From positions 154,709-218,708 of the forward strand of contig CACYQN010000006.1 in the NCBI GenBank assembly GCA_902776565.1: a stretch of DNA of 64,000 nucleotides, read 5' to 3'. Under the pieces are notes generated by a model, which had not been told where the DNA came from, ran no database searches, and was given only the letters and a program-made list of their open reading frames with translations. The DNA is from an uncultured Bacteroidia bacterium. GTDB taxonomy: Bacteria; Bacteroidota; Bacteroidia; Bacteroidales; ML635J-15. Shown here in pieces: positions 34,275-43,600 of this stretch (position 1 is the stretch's first letter; every line of letters begins with the position of its first letter). The position numbers and the translations under genes were made by a program.

Positions 34275-36748
34275 CCCGAGCTATAGAATATAATCTCGTT
34301 GCTCTTTGGCAATTTGCCAGGAGCAACAATTTCCTTAATCCACTCAGGAACACCATAACGAGGATCCTTCTCAAGCATATCCTGCCATTCCTCGTCGGTA
34401 AGTCTCAGATTGCCCAACGGAACATCAAACTCCCTGTACGACAGAACAGCACCGCGTGTCAGCCAAAGTTTTCCTTCAATCTCTACGATTACATAAATCG
34501 TATTGACATTTCCCGTAGCAACATACATAATCGACTTGTCGGGATTGTTGCCAGAGTTTGCTGTGTAAACATCGGCAACAACTGCCACCTTGCGGTCGGC
34601 TCCCTTTATTTCGTACCAATCGTAAATTGGATTTTCGGCACCAGCATTAAGCATATCAAGCGTCAGCCATTCGTAACTACTGCCGATATATTCAATCTGG
34701 TTGTATTCCTGTTCTGTCAACTTCTTGCCTGCCAATTCCTTCTCGCTCACCGTCTTGAGGAACTGAGCCTTTTCGCGCATGCTTTCGGTGATACTCTTCG
34801 CCTTCGCTGTGAGCATTCCGTTGTCCTTCAACATCTTCTCTGTCATATCAAGCAATTCGATTGCCTTGTTCCAATATGCCAGATTTGGTTCAACATAGCC
34901 AACGACAACAGGTTCTGGCAAATCCTCGCCACCACCGCATTCAGCACCCATAGGTTGTTCTCCGTAAAGTATGCAGTCGTGCTTTAGCTCCGCCCACGAA
35001 GCAAGCGCAGCATTGATGTTCTTCTTTGCCCACTGGTAAGTCTTCATAAAGTAAGGATGACGCGAATCCTTCTCCAACAAGGTGTTGAGCGATTGCATCC
35101 ACTTGTTGTACATCGTAGCGTTCCAGTTGACCTTCTTCATAGTCTTCTTAACATTTTCGAACTCAGTGACATAATCAGGCCATTCCTTATCTTCCTGATA
35201 TTCATCTATCAAAATCTTGTATGCATCATCGCTACCGAAAGCGGCAAGCACATCCAAACCTTTGGGTAATGCACGCTGAGTTGGTTTATTGATAACATCA
35301 ACGAGTTCCTGAAGAATCTCGTTATCAGCCAAATACCTCTGCGGCATAAGATTAATCTTATCCTTGCACGAAACAAGTTGCTTAGGTGAAATACGGTTCT
35401 GCCGGTCAGCAATTTTCTTTATCGTTGAGCGGAACTTTGACATTTCAGAATTGCTGCCAAAAATCTTTTCGGCAGTCAGGTTAGACTTTGCCATTTCCTC
35501 CGAAAGTTGCATAACCGACACATTGTCAGGCTCTCCAACAATGAAAGTAATAGGCTCGACTATGCCCTTGTACCTTTTCTGCAAGTCGGCACTCTTCCTT
35601 ATGACATCGGCATTAAGAACTGCCCTGCCGAACTGAATATCATCATCAAGACAGAACGAAACATACTGGAACCACATCATCGACTTGAAGTAACGCTTGA
35701 AGGCATCGTCGCGAATGTAGTGACCACGCGGACGGAACAAACTATACGGGAACATAACATCTTCCCATCCTAGAAATTCCGAAAAATTGTCGGATGCCTT
35801 ATTTACACTGCCGATTTCAACATCAAAGTCCTCCTTGTATTTGGCAGGAACTTCATAATTCTTGTTGTCTGTCAACAGGCTAAGACCTATAGCATAGAAA
35901 GTTGCATTGTATTCGGCTGCATCCTTTATTACAGGGTCGGAAGCGCTTTTTGCAATCTTCAGCATTTCGGAATGCATGGTGGTGGCAAAACTTTTCAGTT
36001 CACCCATCAGCTTGGTCTGCTCGAGGTCACGAAGCAGGAAGTCGAAATACATGTGATACAACTGCAAGTACATATCGGTGGTCACAAAGCTCGGAAAATC
36101 AGAGTAGTCGTTCTTCTCGTAAATATGGAACAACTGGTCGTCCATACCTTCCACAATTGCAAAACCGTTCCTCGAAATCAAATCCTTGAGAGTATTATCA
36201 GCGCTATCGAGCTGATACATATTGACAACATTATTATAATTAGTCAGATAGCCTTCGAGCGGATTGTAATTTGATTTCTGCAACTCCTCTTCGCGAGCCT
36301 TGATTCTTTCAATAAACTTATTCTGCTCATCGGTATATTTCACCTTCACTGGGTCACCATAAGCCTTCTCAAATGCAATATCATAGTACCATGATGTTGC
36401 GCCATAGACATGCCTCAAAAAAGCGTCGGTAAAGCAATAGCCCTGCTGTGCAGCAAAGATGTTACGCAAAATACGCAAGTCGGCAAGGTTCAGCTGAGAA
36501 ATATCCATATCCAGGTCAACCTTATCCTTCATGTTCTCAATATCGACATGGCAGCCACAAATATAAGTCGGCAAGTCGCAGTCAAACGACAATTTCGCTC
36601 CATTTGGATTCACCGCATTCGCAGTTTCTTCCGCTTTTACATCTTCGCCATCCTTGTTTTCCTTCGACTTGCATCCAAAAAGCAACATCGAAACAGCCAT
36701 CATTACGCATAATGCGTTGATACAAAATCTCTTCATATTATTTATCAT
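34268..36748 (-). CDS. Lipoprotein with N-terminal YARHG-like segment and a DUF3160-like large domain
   Basis: Lipobox LLFGC. LRILRNIFAAQQGYCF is YARHG-like. The FPSFVTTDMYLQLYHMYFDFLLRDLE region resembles DUF3160 as I remember it. Confidence 0.5.
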   Translation of the reverse strand: MINNMKRFCINALCVMMAVSMLLFGCKSKENKDGEDVKAEETANAVNPNGAKLSFDCDLPTYICGCHVDIENMKDKVDLDMDISQLNLADLRILRNIFAAQQGYCFTDAFLRHVYGATSWYYDIAFEKAYGDPVKVKYTDEQNKFIERIKAREEELQKSNYNPLEGYLTNYNNVVNMYQLDSADNTLKDLISRNGFAIVEGMDDQLFHIYEKNDYSDFPSFVTTDMYLQLYHMYFDFLLRDLEQTKLMGELKSFATTMHSEMLKIAKSASDPVIKDAAEYNATFYAIGLSLLTDNKNYEVPAKYKEDFDVEIGSVNKASDNFSEFLGWEDVMFPYSLFRPRGHYIRDDAFKRYFKSMMWFQYVSFCLDDDIQFGRAVLNADVIRKSADLQKRYKGIVEPITFIVGEPDNVSVMQLSEEMAKSNLTAEKIFGSNSEMSKFRSTIKKIADRQNRISPKQLVSCKDKINLMPQRYLADNEILQELVDVINKPTQRALPKGLDVLAAFGSDDAYKILIDEYQEDKEWPDYVTEFENVKKTMKKVNWNATMYNKWMQSLNTLLEKDSRHPYFMKTYQWAKKNINAALASWAELKHDCILYGEQPMGAECGGGEDLPEPVVVGYVEPNLAYWNKAIELLDMTEKMLKDNGMLTAKAKSITESMREKAQFLKTVSEKELAGKKLTEQEYNQIEYIGSSYEWLTLDMLNAGAENPIYDWYEIKGADRKVAVVADVYTANSGNNPDKSIMYVATGNVNTIYVIVEIEGKLWLTRGAVLSYREFDVPLGNLRLTDEEWQDMLEKDPRYGVPEWIKEIVAPGKLPKSNEIIFYSSGC

Positions 36749-37256
36749 TTAAAATTTTCATTGAGTTGTCAAATTCAAAATCACGGCAAATATACCTAAT
36801 AAATTTCACACCGAAAGAACTCCACCGATATTCTGCGACCAAAAATTTTCCGTTTTTCTCCTCCTCCACACTACGAAGCCTCGTTTCGCCATCGACCTGC
36901 ACGACACGAAAATCGACAACCGGCTGTCCCAGCCTTGACCCCATCCACAGCGGTCGCACCTTGCCGCCATTATTGCGGAACATAAACACGCGTCGGCGCA
37001 CTACAGGGTCGAAACGGGTGATTTTCTCCACACCCACTACGGCATCCACAATGCTGTCGCCGTCCATGTCGCCTGTGCAGAAGCGATAGACAGGAAAACG
37101 CAGTTCCCACACATCGCGACTGCTGTCGGTTTCGAGAACTAGATTATATAAGGTATCGTTTTTCTTCTCAAGCGAAAAGCCACCATTGTCGCCGTCGGTA
37201 GTCCGACACGACACCAGCAACTCTGCCAAAAGAACTATTAACAGTCTAATTCTCAT
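36738..37256 (-). CDS. Lipoprotein of unknown function (FG-GAP/VCBS-like Asp-rich loop)
   Basis: Lipobox ELLVSC, then CTGDMDGDSIVDAVVG. Overlaps the next gene by 11 nt. Confidence 0.55.
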   Translation of the reverse strand: MRIRLLIVLLAELLVSCRTTDGDNGGFSLEKKNDTLYNLVLETDSSRDVWELRFPVYRFCTGDMDGDSIVDAVVGVEKITRFDPVVRRRVFMFRNNGGKVRPLWMGSRLGQPVVDFRVVQVDGETRLRSVEEEKNGKFLVAEYRWSSFGVKFIRYICRDFEFDNSMKILNDK

Positions 37257-37419
37257 ACATTACAAGCAAATCGGACACAAAGGTAAGCCAAATTTACCAA
37301 CATTGAAAATCATTTTTATCTCGCCACACGCAACACTTTGATAATAAGCAAATAGCAAAATTTATGAAACTTTTTTCAAAAAAAAATGAAAAATCTATTG
37401 CAGAGTTCAAAAAAAGCAG

Positions 37420-37427
37420 TACTTTTG
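37420..37427 (+). promoter_or_regulatory. -7 promoter box TACTTTTG (tRNA-Asp)
   Basis: Exact TAnnTTTG inside a 26-mer that is shared with the tRNA-Asn promoter. Confidence 0.55.
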
Positions 37428-37453
37428 CATCGCTTTTCACGAAGCAATCAGCT

Positions 37454-37527
37454 GGTGTGGTAGTTCAGCTGGTTAGAATACCGGCCTGTCACGCCGGGGG
37501 TCGAGGGTTCGAGTCCCTTCCACACCG
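37454..37527 (+). tRNA. tRNA-Asp (anticodon GTC)
   Basis: Cloverleaf: acceptor GGTGTGG/CCACACC, anticodon stem CCGGC/GCCGG with loop CTGTCAC, T-arm GGGTTCGAGTCCC. Confidence 0.9.
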
Positions 37528-37534
37528 CAGAGAA

Positions 37535-37559
37535 GACAGATTAACAGTCTGTCTTTTTT
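37535..37559 (+). terminator. Rho-independent terminator after tRNA-Asp
   Basis: GACAGA-TTAACAG-TCTGTC followed by TTTTTT. Confidence 0.8.
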
Positions 37560-37597
37560 GTTTTTATACAGGGTCTTTTACCAAAATTTTATTACCG

Positions 37598-38500
37598 ATG
37601 AAAAAACTATTCGCTTTACTTATCGTAATTGTTTCAATATCAGCACAATTTCAGGCACAACCGCTTGCTAAACACGTAATATTAATAGGTCTCGACGGCT
37701 GGGCTGCCCACGACTTCGACAACGTTCGCAACAATATACCCAACATACGCAACCTAATTAAAAACGGCAGTTGCAATATGCACAAGCGCTCTGTCCTACC
37801 CTCCGACTCGGGAGTAAACTGGGCATCAATGTTCATGGGTGTAGGTCCAGAAATGCACGGCTACACAACTTGGGATTCTAAAAAACACGACCTGCCATCG
37901 TCAACCACAAACAAAAACGGCATCTTCCCCACCATATTCTCAATTATCCGAGAACAATACCCAGAAGCAGAAACCGGATGCACCTTCGAATGGGACGGCA
38001 TTAAGTATGTGATTGACACACTTGCCATAAGCCACGTGCATTTTTTCAGCGAAGGCTGGGAACCCGTAGAGAAAAACTGCGACCACATAGTAAAATACAT
38101 AACCGAAAGCAAGCCTATGTTTTACGCAGCCTGCTTCGACGGTCCCGATGGCCCTGGCCACAAATACGGTTGGTATTCCGACGGATATTACGAATATCTG
38201 GCTCGCGTTGACAAATGCGTAGGACGAATAATACAGGCTCTCAAGGATGCTGGAATCTACGAAGACACAATAATTGTAGTTACTGGCGACCACGGCGGAC
38301 ACGACCATGGACACGGCAGCCTCGCCATGGAAGACATGGAAAGCCCACTTGTATTTTTCGGCCGCAATGTGCGTTCAGGATATACATTCAACGACCCCAT
38401 TGCACAATATGATGTTGCCGCCAGCATAGCATACATTCTTGACTTAAAAATGCCAGAAGCCTGGCGAGGGAAACCAGTGAAACAGGTATTTGTACGGTAA
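37598..38500 (+). CDS. Alkaline phosphatase superfamily protein (nucleotide pyrophosphatase/phosphodiesterase type)
   Basis: VILIGLDGW and VTGDHGGHDHGHGS metal-site motifs. Signal peptide MKKLFALLIVIVSISAQFQAQ. The listed ORF start 37364 is rejected because it runs through the tRNA. Confidence 0.8.
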   Translation: MKKLFALLIVIVSISAQFQAQPLAKHVILIGLDGWAAHDFDNVRNNIPNIRNLIKNGSCNMHKRSVLPSDSGVNWASMFMGVGPEMHGYTTWDSKKHDLPSSTTNKNGIFPTIFSIIREQYPEAETGCTFEWDGIKYVIDTLAISHVHFFSEGWEPVEKNCDHIVKYITESKPMFYAACFDGPDGPGHKYGWYSDGYYEYLARVDKCVGRIIQALKDAGIYEDTIIVVTGDHGGHDHGHGSLAMEDMESPLVFFGRNVRSGYTFNDPIAQYDVAASIAYILDLKMPEAWRGKPVKQVFVR

Positions 38501-38514
38501 ATTACTTATTACAC

Positions 38515-38543
38515 AAAAAAGCCACCGTTCTGGTGGCTTTTTT
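38515..38543. terminator. Bidirectional rho-independent terminator (phosphatase gene / tRNA-Glu)
   Basis: AAAAAA-GCCACC-GTTCT-GGTGGC-TTTTTT. Confidence 0.85.
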
Positions 38544-38544
38544 G

Positions 38545-38616
38545 CAACGGATAAGAGAATCGAACTCTTATTTGCAGCGTGAGAGGCTGCCGTCCTAACC
38601 GTTAGACGAATCCGTC
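38545..38616 (-). tRNA. tRNA-Glu (anticodon CTC)
   Basis: Minus strand GACGGATTCGTCTAACGGTTAGGACGGCAGCCTCTCACGCTGC...GAGTTCGATTCTC..ATCCGTTG. Anticodon loop CTCTCAC. The D-arm is typical of tRNA-Glu. Confidence 0.85.
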
Positions 38617-38629
38617 AGTTTTGGGACTG

Positions 38630-38637
38630 CAAAGATA
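38630..38637 (-). promoter_or_regulatory. -7 promoter box TATCTTTG (tRNA-Glu)
   Basis: Exact TAnnTTTG on the minus strand, 14 nt upstream of the tRNA 5' end. Confidence 0.5.
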
Positions 38638-38709
38638 AGACATTTATTTCAAATCAAAGGATTTTTTTTCTAAAATTTATTTTTGACTGTCAATTATTCC
38701 TAAAATCAG

Positions 38710-38717
38710 TACCTTTG
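38710..38717 (+). promoter_or_regulatory. -7 promoter box TACCTTTG (ybaN-like gene)
   Basis: Exact TAnnTTTG 17 nt upstream of GTG 38734. Confidence 0.45.
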
Positions 38718-38733
38718 CGAAGATTTTTTCATA

Positions 38734-39126
38734 GTGAAACGCTACTTGTACATAATATTCGGTCTGATAGCAGTTGGACTTGGAGCTCTTGGAGTTGTAT
38801 TGCCAGGACTTCCCACCACCCCATTCCTTCTGTTGGCATCGTGGCTGTTCTACCGCAATTCGCCTCGCCTTCAGCAATGGCTATTGGCATCGTGGTTAGG
38901 CAAGTACATACGCAACTACCATAAGCGCGGAGGAATGACCATTGCACAAAAAGCTGGTGCCGTAGGCATTATGACAGCCATGGTATTGCTTGCGACATTT
39001 GTATTTATTCCTGCTGGCTCTATTGCCCGCATAATTGTCCCGATTGCCGGTGCCGTTGGCGACCTTGTCGTAATATTTGCCGTACCCAACGCCAGACACG
39101 ACGTCCCCGATGACGAGCAACCATAA
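38734..39126 (+). CDS. ybaN: DUF454 (YbaN-family) inner membrane protein
   Basis: GVVLPGLPTTPFLLLASWLFYRNSPRLQQWLL is the YbaN/DUF454 signature. Confidence 0.75.
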   Translation: MKRYLYIIFGLIAVGLGALGVVLPGLPTTPFLLLASWLFYRNSPRLQQWLLASWLGKYIRNYHKRGGMTIAQKAGAVGIMTAMVLLATFVFIPAGSIARIIVPIAGAVGDLVVIFAVPNARHDVPDDEQP

Positions 39127-39175
39127 ACAAAAAAGGCCACCCGTCGGGCAGCCTTTATAATCGAAATAGCCAATA

Positions 39176-40291
39176 CTATTTGTACTTCTTTTCGAAATCC
39201 TGCATGCATGATACCAAAGCTTCTACTGCTTCGATTGTGCAAGCATTGTAGAGAGAAGCGCGGAAACCACCAACAGAACGGTGACCCTTGATACCAACCA
39301 TACCGCGTTCCTTTGCGAAAGCCATAAATTCAGCTTCCTTGTCTTCGCGACCTTCTGCCATTACCCAGCAGTGGTTCATGATTGAACGGTCTTCCTTGCA
39401 TTCTACTGTACCACGGAACATCGAGTTACGGTCGATTTCTTCGTAAAGGAGGTTCGACTTCTTCATATTAATCTTGTTCATTTCAGCAACACCACCGATA
39501 GTGTTCTTCAACCACTTCAAGGTTTCGTGCATTACGAAAATCGGGAGTACTGGAGGAGTGTTGAACATAGAGATGTTCTTAGCCTCTTCTGCTGCGTGAG
39601 TGCGGTAGTCAACCATTGTTGGCAATGGGTTCATGTACTGACGGTCAGCAATCTTGCCGAGGATGTCCTTGCGAACGATTACGAAAGTAACACCAGCAGG
39701 ACCAACGTTCTTCTGTGCACCACCGTAGATAAGTCCGTACTTCTTAACGTCAACTGGACGGCTCATGATGTCGGAGCTCATATCGGCAACAAGCATTACG
39801 TTGTTGATTTCGCTTGCGTCGAAGTCCTTGCGGATTTCGGTACCGTAAATGGTGTTGTTGGTTGTGATGTGGAAGTAATCTGCATCAGCAGGAACGTTCC
39901 ATCCCTTAGGAATGTAGCTGTAAGTCTTGTCTTCCGACGAAGCAACGATTTCTACATTACCGAAGAGCTTAGCTTCCTTAGCAGCCTTCTTAGCCCAAAC
40001 GCCAGTCTGCAAGTAAGCAGCCTTCTTGTTGAGCAAGTTAGCAGGAACAGTCATAAACTGAGTGCTAGCACCACCACCGAGGAACAATATTTCGTATTCA
40101 GCAGGAATGTTGAGGATGTCTCTCCAAAGCTGGCGAGTTTCTTCCATTGTACGTTCCCAACCTGGTGTACGGTGAGAGATTTCCATAAGACCGATACCAG
40201 TGTTATCAAAATCACGGATAGCGTTGATAGTAGATTCAATCGCTTCTTTTGGCAATACGCATGGACCTGCGTTAAAGTTATAAGCCTTCAT
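39176..40291 (-). CDS. serC: 3-phosphoserine aminotransferase
   Basis: N-terminal [16 protein letters not shown], then [16 protein letters not shown] and [11 protein letters not shown]. Confidence 0.9.
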   Translation of the reverse strand: MKAYNFNAGPCVLPKEAIESTINAIRDFDNTGIGLMEISHRTPGWERTMEETRQLWRDILNIPAEYEILFLGGGASTQFMTVPANLLNKKAAYLQTGVWAKKAAKEAKLFGNVEIVASSEDKTYSYIPKGWNVPADADYFHITTNNTIYGTEIRKDFDASEINNVMLVADMSSDIMSRPVDVKKYGLIYGGAQKNVGPAGVTFVIVRKDILGKIADRQYMNPLPTMVDYRTHAAEEAKNISMFNTPPVLPIFVMHETLKWLKNTIGGVAEMNKINMKKSNLLYEEIDRNSMFRGTVECKEDRSIMNHCWVMAEGREDKEAEFMAFAKERGMVGIKGHRSVGGFRASLYNACTIEAVEALVSCMQDFEKKYK

Positions 40292-40429
40292 TTTATTGTT
40301 TTTATTAAACTGTTTATAATTAACTACTTAAATTAAAAAATCGTCCACTATAGACGTGTGCAAAATTAGCAATTATTTCAATTGGCAAAACTTTTTAAAT
40401 ATGATTTATAACATATTTTAAGTTTCTAA

Positions 40430-40525
40430 TTTCTAGGTTTGTAGGTTTAGGTGGTTTGATGTTGTTTATGGTTGTTTGATGATTTGAAGGTTTGAAAATT
40501 TGAAAATTTGTTTGAAATTTATTTT
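40430..40525. repeat. G/T-rich degenerate word array (GGTTTGATG, GTTTGAAGG, TTTGAAAAT)
   Basis: GTTTCTAATTTCTAGGTTTGTAGGTTTAGGTGGTTTGATGTTGTTTATGGTTGTTTGATGATTTGAAGGTTTGAAAATTTGAAAATTTGTTTGAAATT. Confidence 0.7.
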
Positions 40526-40538
40526 CGAAATCTGTAGA

Positions 40539-40556
40539 GACGTTGCGTGCAACGTC
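40539..40556. repeat. GC-rich palindrome GACGTTGCGTGCAACGTC
   Basis: An 18-nt palindrome, preceded by GTAGA. It is a shorter version of the 30-nt palindrome at 45307-45336. Confidence 0.75.
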
Positions 40557-40682
40557 AAATATATTTGAAATGAGTTAAGATATTTTCACATAAAACCAAA
40601 TGCCAGGCAATAATAACACAGGTACAACAATTCGGCGAATACCAATGTAATCGCACAAAATGGTGAATATGGAAGGACCTAA

Positions 40683-43600
40683 CTATTCATTCAAAACACA
40701 ACGAACACTATACCCCCAATTCTTTGTATAATAATTGTTACCAAATGATGTACTTCCGCAATTCATTCCCCAGACTCTTACGTGATTTGCCGATTCTTCC
40801 AACTCCGTAGATGTCCAAAAATATACACATCCATCAAAACCGAAACAATACCCGCCATCAGATGGAGAATAACCGCCAGCAGGCAAGGCATTAAAACCAG
40901 TTACACCAAAATTCTCAGCCCTATCCAAAAAGCCGTCATCCCATAATTCGGCATGACCAGCAAGCTGAGAACCTGGATTATTATAATGCACATCCAAATT
41001 ATTGCCACCCAAAGCATCACACAATTGCTGCCACTCGGAATTGCTAGGCAAATGCCATCCACTTGGACAAATACCCTGCACACCACTTGGATTTTCAGCA
41101 CTGCTATTTTCACCATTCATTGCAGCTGGCCAGTTGTAAAGGTAACCATAAATACTTACATTTGAACTGACATTATCCGGATAAAAACGACGAGCAACTG
41201 TTGTACTTGACGAAAGCCCGACATCAATACCATCAGCATAGCGCAAGTTCTCTGCCATCCAAGTCTGGTTTTCAATAGTAACCATCGCGTATGTATTGCC
41301 ATCACGACTATCGGTAAAATACGAAATTTCGGGACCATCTTGTTGAGCCGTCTCAAACGACATAACTGCACCGTATGCCGTTCCTGCGCTATTAGTTGCA
41401 AATGCCTTGTAGTAATAAGTAGTTCCAGATGACAAACCCACCAATGTCGCAGTGTAGTCGCCATCCACAATAGCACATTCTATTATGCACGAAAGGTTAT
41501 TCTCACTGGTACCGTAAACAAATCCAAGAGAAAGCAAATCCATGCCTTCAGCCACAACATTTCCATTAAGTGTAGCATTATTAACCATTACGTTAGATAC
41601 GGACATCGTCTGCACCGATGGTATTTCTGTTGTCTGAGAACCTTGCGGGAATGCACGTACAGGGCGTACCGTATAACCTAAGGAACGACCAGCACAAGAC
41701 GACGGAAAATTATCATACCTAAAAAGCGTAGAACCGGCATACGAATTAGTATAATGCCCAAACTGAAAACATAGCGAGTTACACCAATATGCACATGTGG
41801 TCCCTTCTTCACAATAATGATTATTTGACCAAAAACCAGCAGCAGGCATAAAAATGCTATTGCCATTAGGACCTGTTATTAGTGTACCAGCCACGCCATT
41901 CCGACTTACAAACACCATAGAGCAATTTTCCCTAAGTTCTTCCTTTTCTTCACTTGAAGGCATCCTCCAGTAGGCTCCCCAATGTACCGTAGCGGCATCG
42001 TCCATTGGTTCCAATGTAATCAAGCTATCCACAAATCCCTGATACCCATATTGAGACTCTACAGAATATTTTGTGTAACTCTCGCTAGAGCCATAACTAT
42101 AGATATATGAATCCGCCGAATATGTTTCCTTGGGTTCTGTTTCTCCCCACGCATAAAAATCTCCATAGCCAGTTTCACTAATTGCACCGACATTGCGCGT
42201 CGCCCACAAAGTACCGCTAGGCAATCCAAGGTCAACATAGCCGTAACCATTTGCATAACCCGCTATCTGGCCTTGTTCGCTAGTCGTAAACGACTTAACA
42301 TCGCCATACGCTGTTCCTTCACTATTAACTGCGTATGCCTTATAATAATATGTTGTCGATGGAGAAAGGTTTTCTAATTGCTTGGCAAATTCACCCGTTT
42401 CCTCTCCACATTCAATAGTCCTGTTAAGACTGCCACCACTGGTACCATATACAAAACCTCGCGATGTCACATCTGCTCCGCCATCTGCGACTACATAGCC
42501 ATTAATAACTGCACCCATTGCAGTAACCCCTGATGATGAAACAGTCAACACCGTTGGCACATAAGACTCCTGGGAACTTCGCAACGATTTGCAAACCGGA
42601 CGAACAGAATATCCATAATAACGGAAAGATCTACCTTCCGAATAATTATCCTCACATGTACCACGATTAAAATAGACATCCGATGCCTCGTCAGAACGGA
42701 CATAACTAAGGAAGTCCAACCAATAATGACCAATATCATTTGCATTATATAGGTTTGTGCCCAAGCGACGACCCGCTGCCGGCAAGAAGATACTATTTCC
42801 GTTTGGTCCCGTATAGAGTGCTCCATTCACACCATTCTGTGTTGTATATTCTATAGTACAATTGTTTCTGAGTTCATTATATTCAAATGGCGTTGGTGTT
42901 CTCCAATTTGCTCCCATATTGACCGTTGCCGCATCATCCTGCAAATCCAATATTATTTTATTATCTGTAAACCCGAGACTTCCATAACTTGGTTCGGTGC
43001 AATATTTTGTAAAACCAGAAGAATATGATGTTAAATTGGTGTAATACCGATATGTATCTATTGTATATAACTCCTTGGTTTCCGTTTCTGCCCATGCATA
43101 GTAGTTTCCAAAATCATCAGGATTATTAGCCCCAACATTGCAAGTCGCCCAAAGCGTACCGCTTGGCAAACCGAGATCAACATAGCCGCAACCATCGACA
43201 ATACCCGTAGCCGGACTATACGATGCAGTCCTAAACGAGCGAACCTCACCATAGCAAACGCCTTCGGTGTTAGTTGCAAACGCCTTGTAATAATATGTTG
43301 TATCGCCCCAAAGGTCCGTAATAGTCAAATTGTAACCGCCCATACTAGCATCTCCTTCTATACTCTGCGAAAGGTCATCCTGACTTGTACCATAAACAAA
43401 ACCACTAGAAACAACCTGAGAGCCGCCATTCGAAGATATATATCCGCTAAGCGTTGCGCCCGTTATAGTAATGTTTGACGCAGTTCCAGTCACCACTGTC
43501 GGAGCTACCGGTTGAGCATCAGGGTCATGCATACATACTGGACGAATTGTGAAACCTTTAAAGCGATCTGAAACATCAACAGAAGCATTGCTTGAATTGG

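Noticed and set aside
37364-37597. N-terminal 78 codons of the listed ORF 37364..38500
   Set aside because: This stretch reads straight through tRNA-Asp (37454-37527) and its terminator. The real gene starts at ATG 37598 with a typical signal peptide.
39127-39160. Terminator between ybaN and serC (AAAAGGCCACCCGTCGGGCAGCCTTT)
   Set aside because: Only a short GGC/GCC outer pairing can form, with an ambiguous interior and no clean T-run. It is too weak to call.
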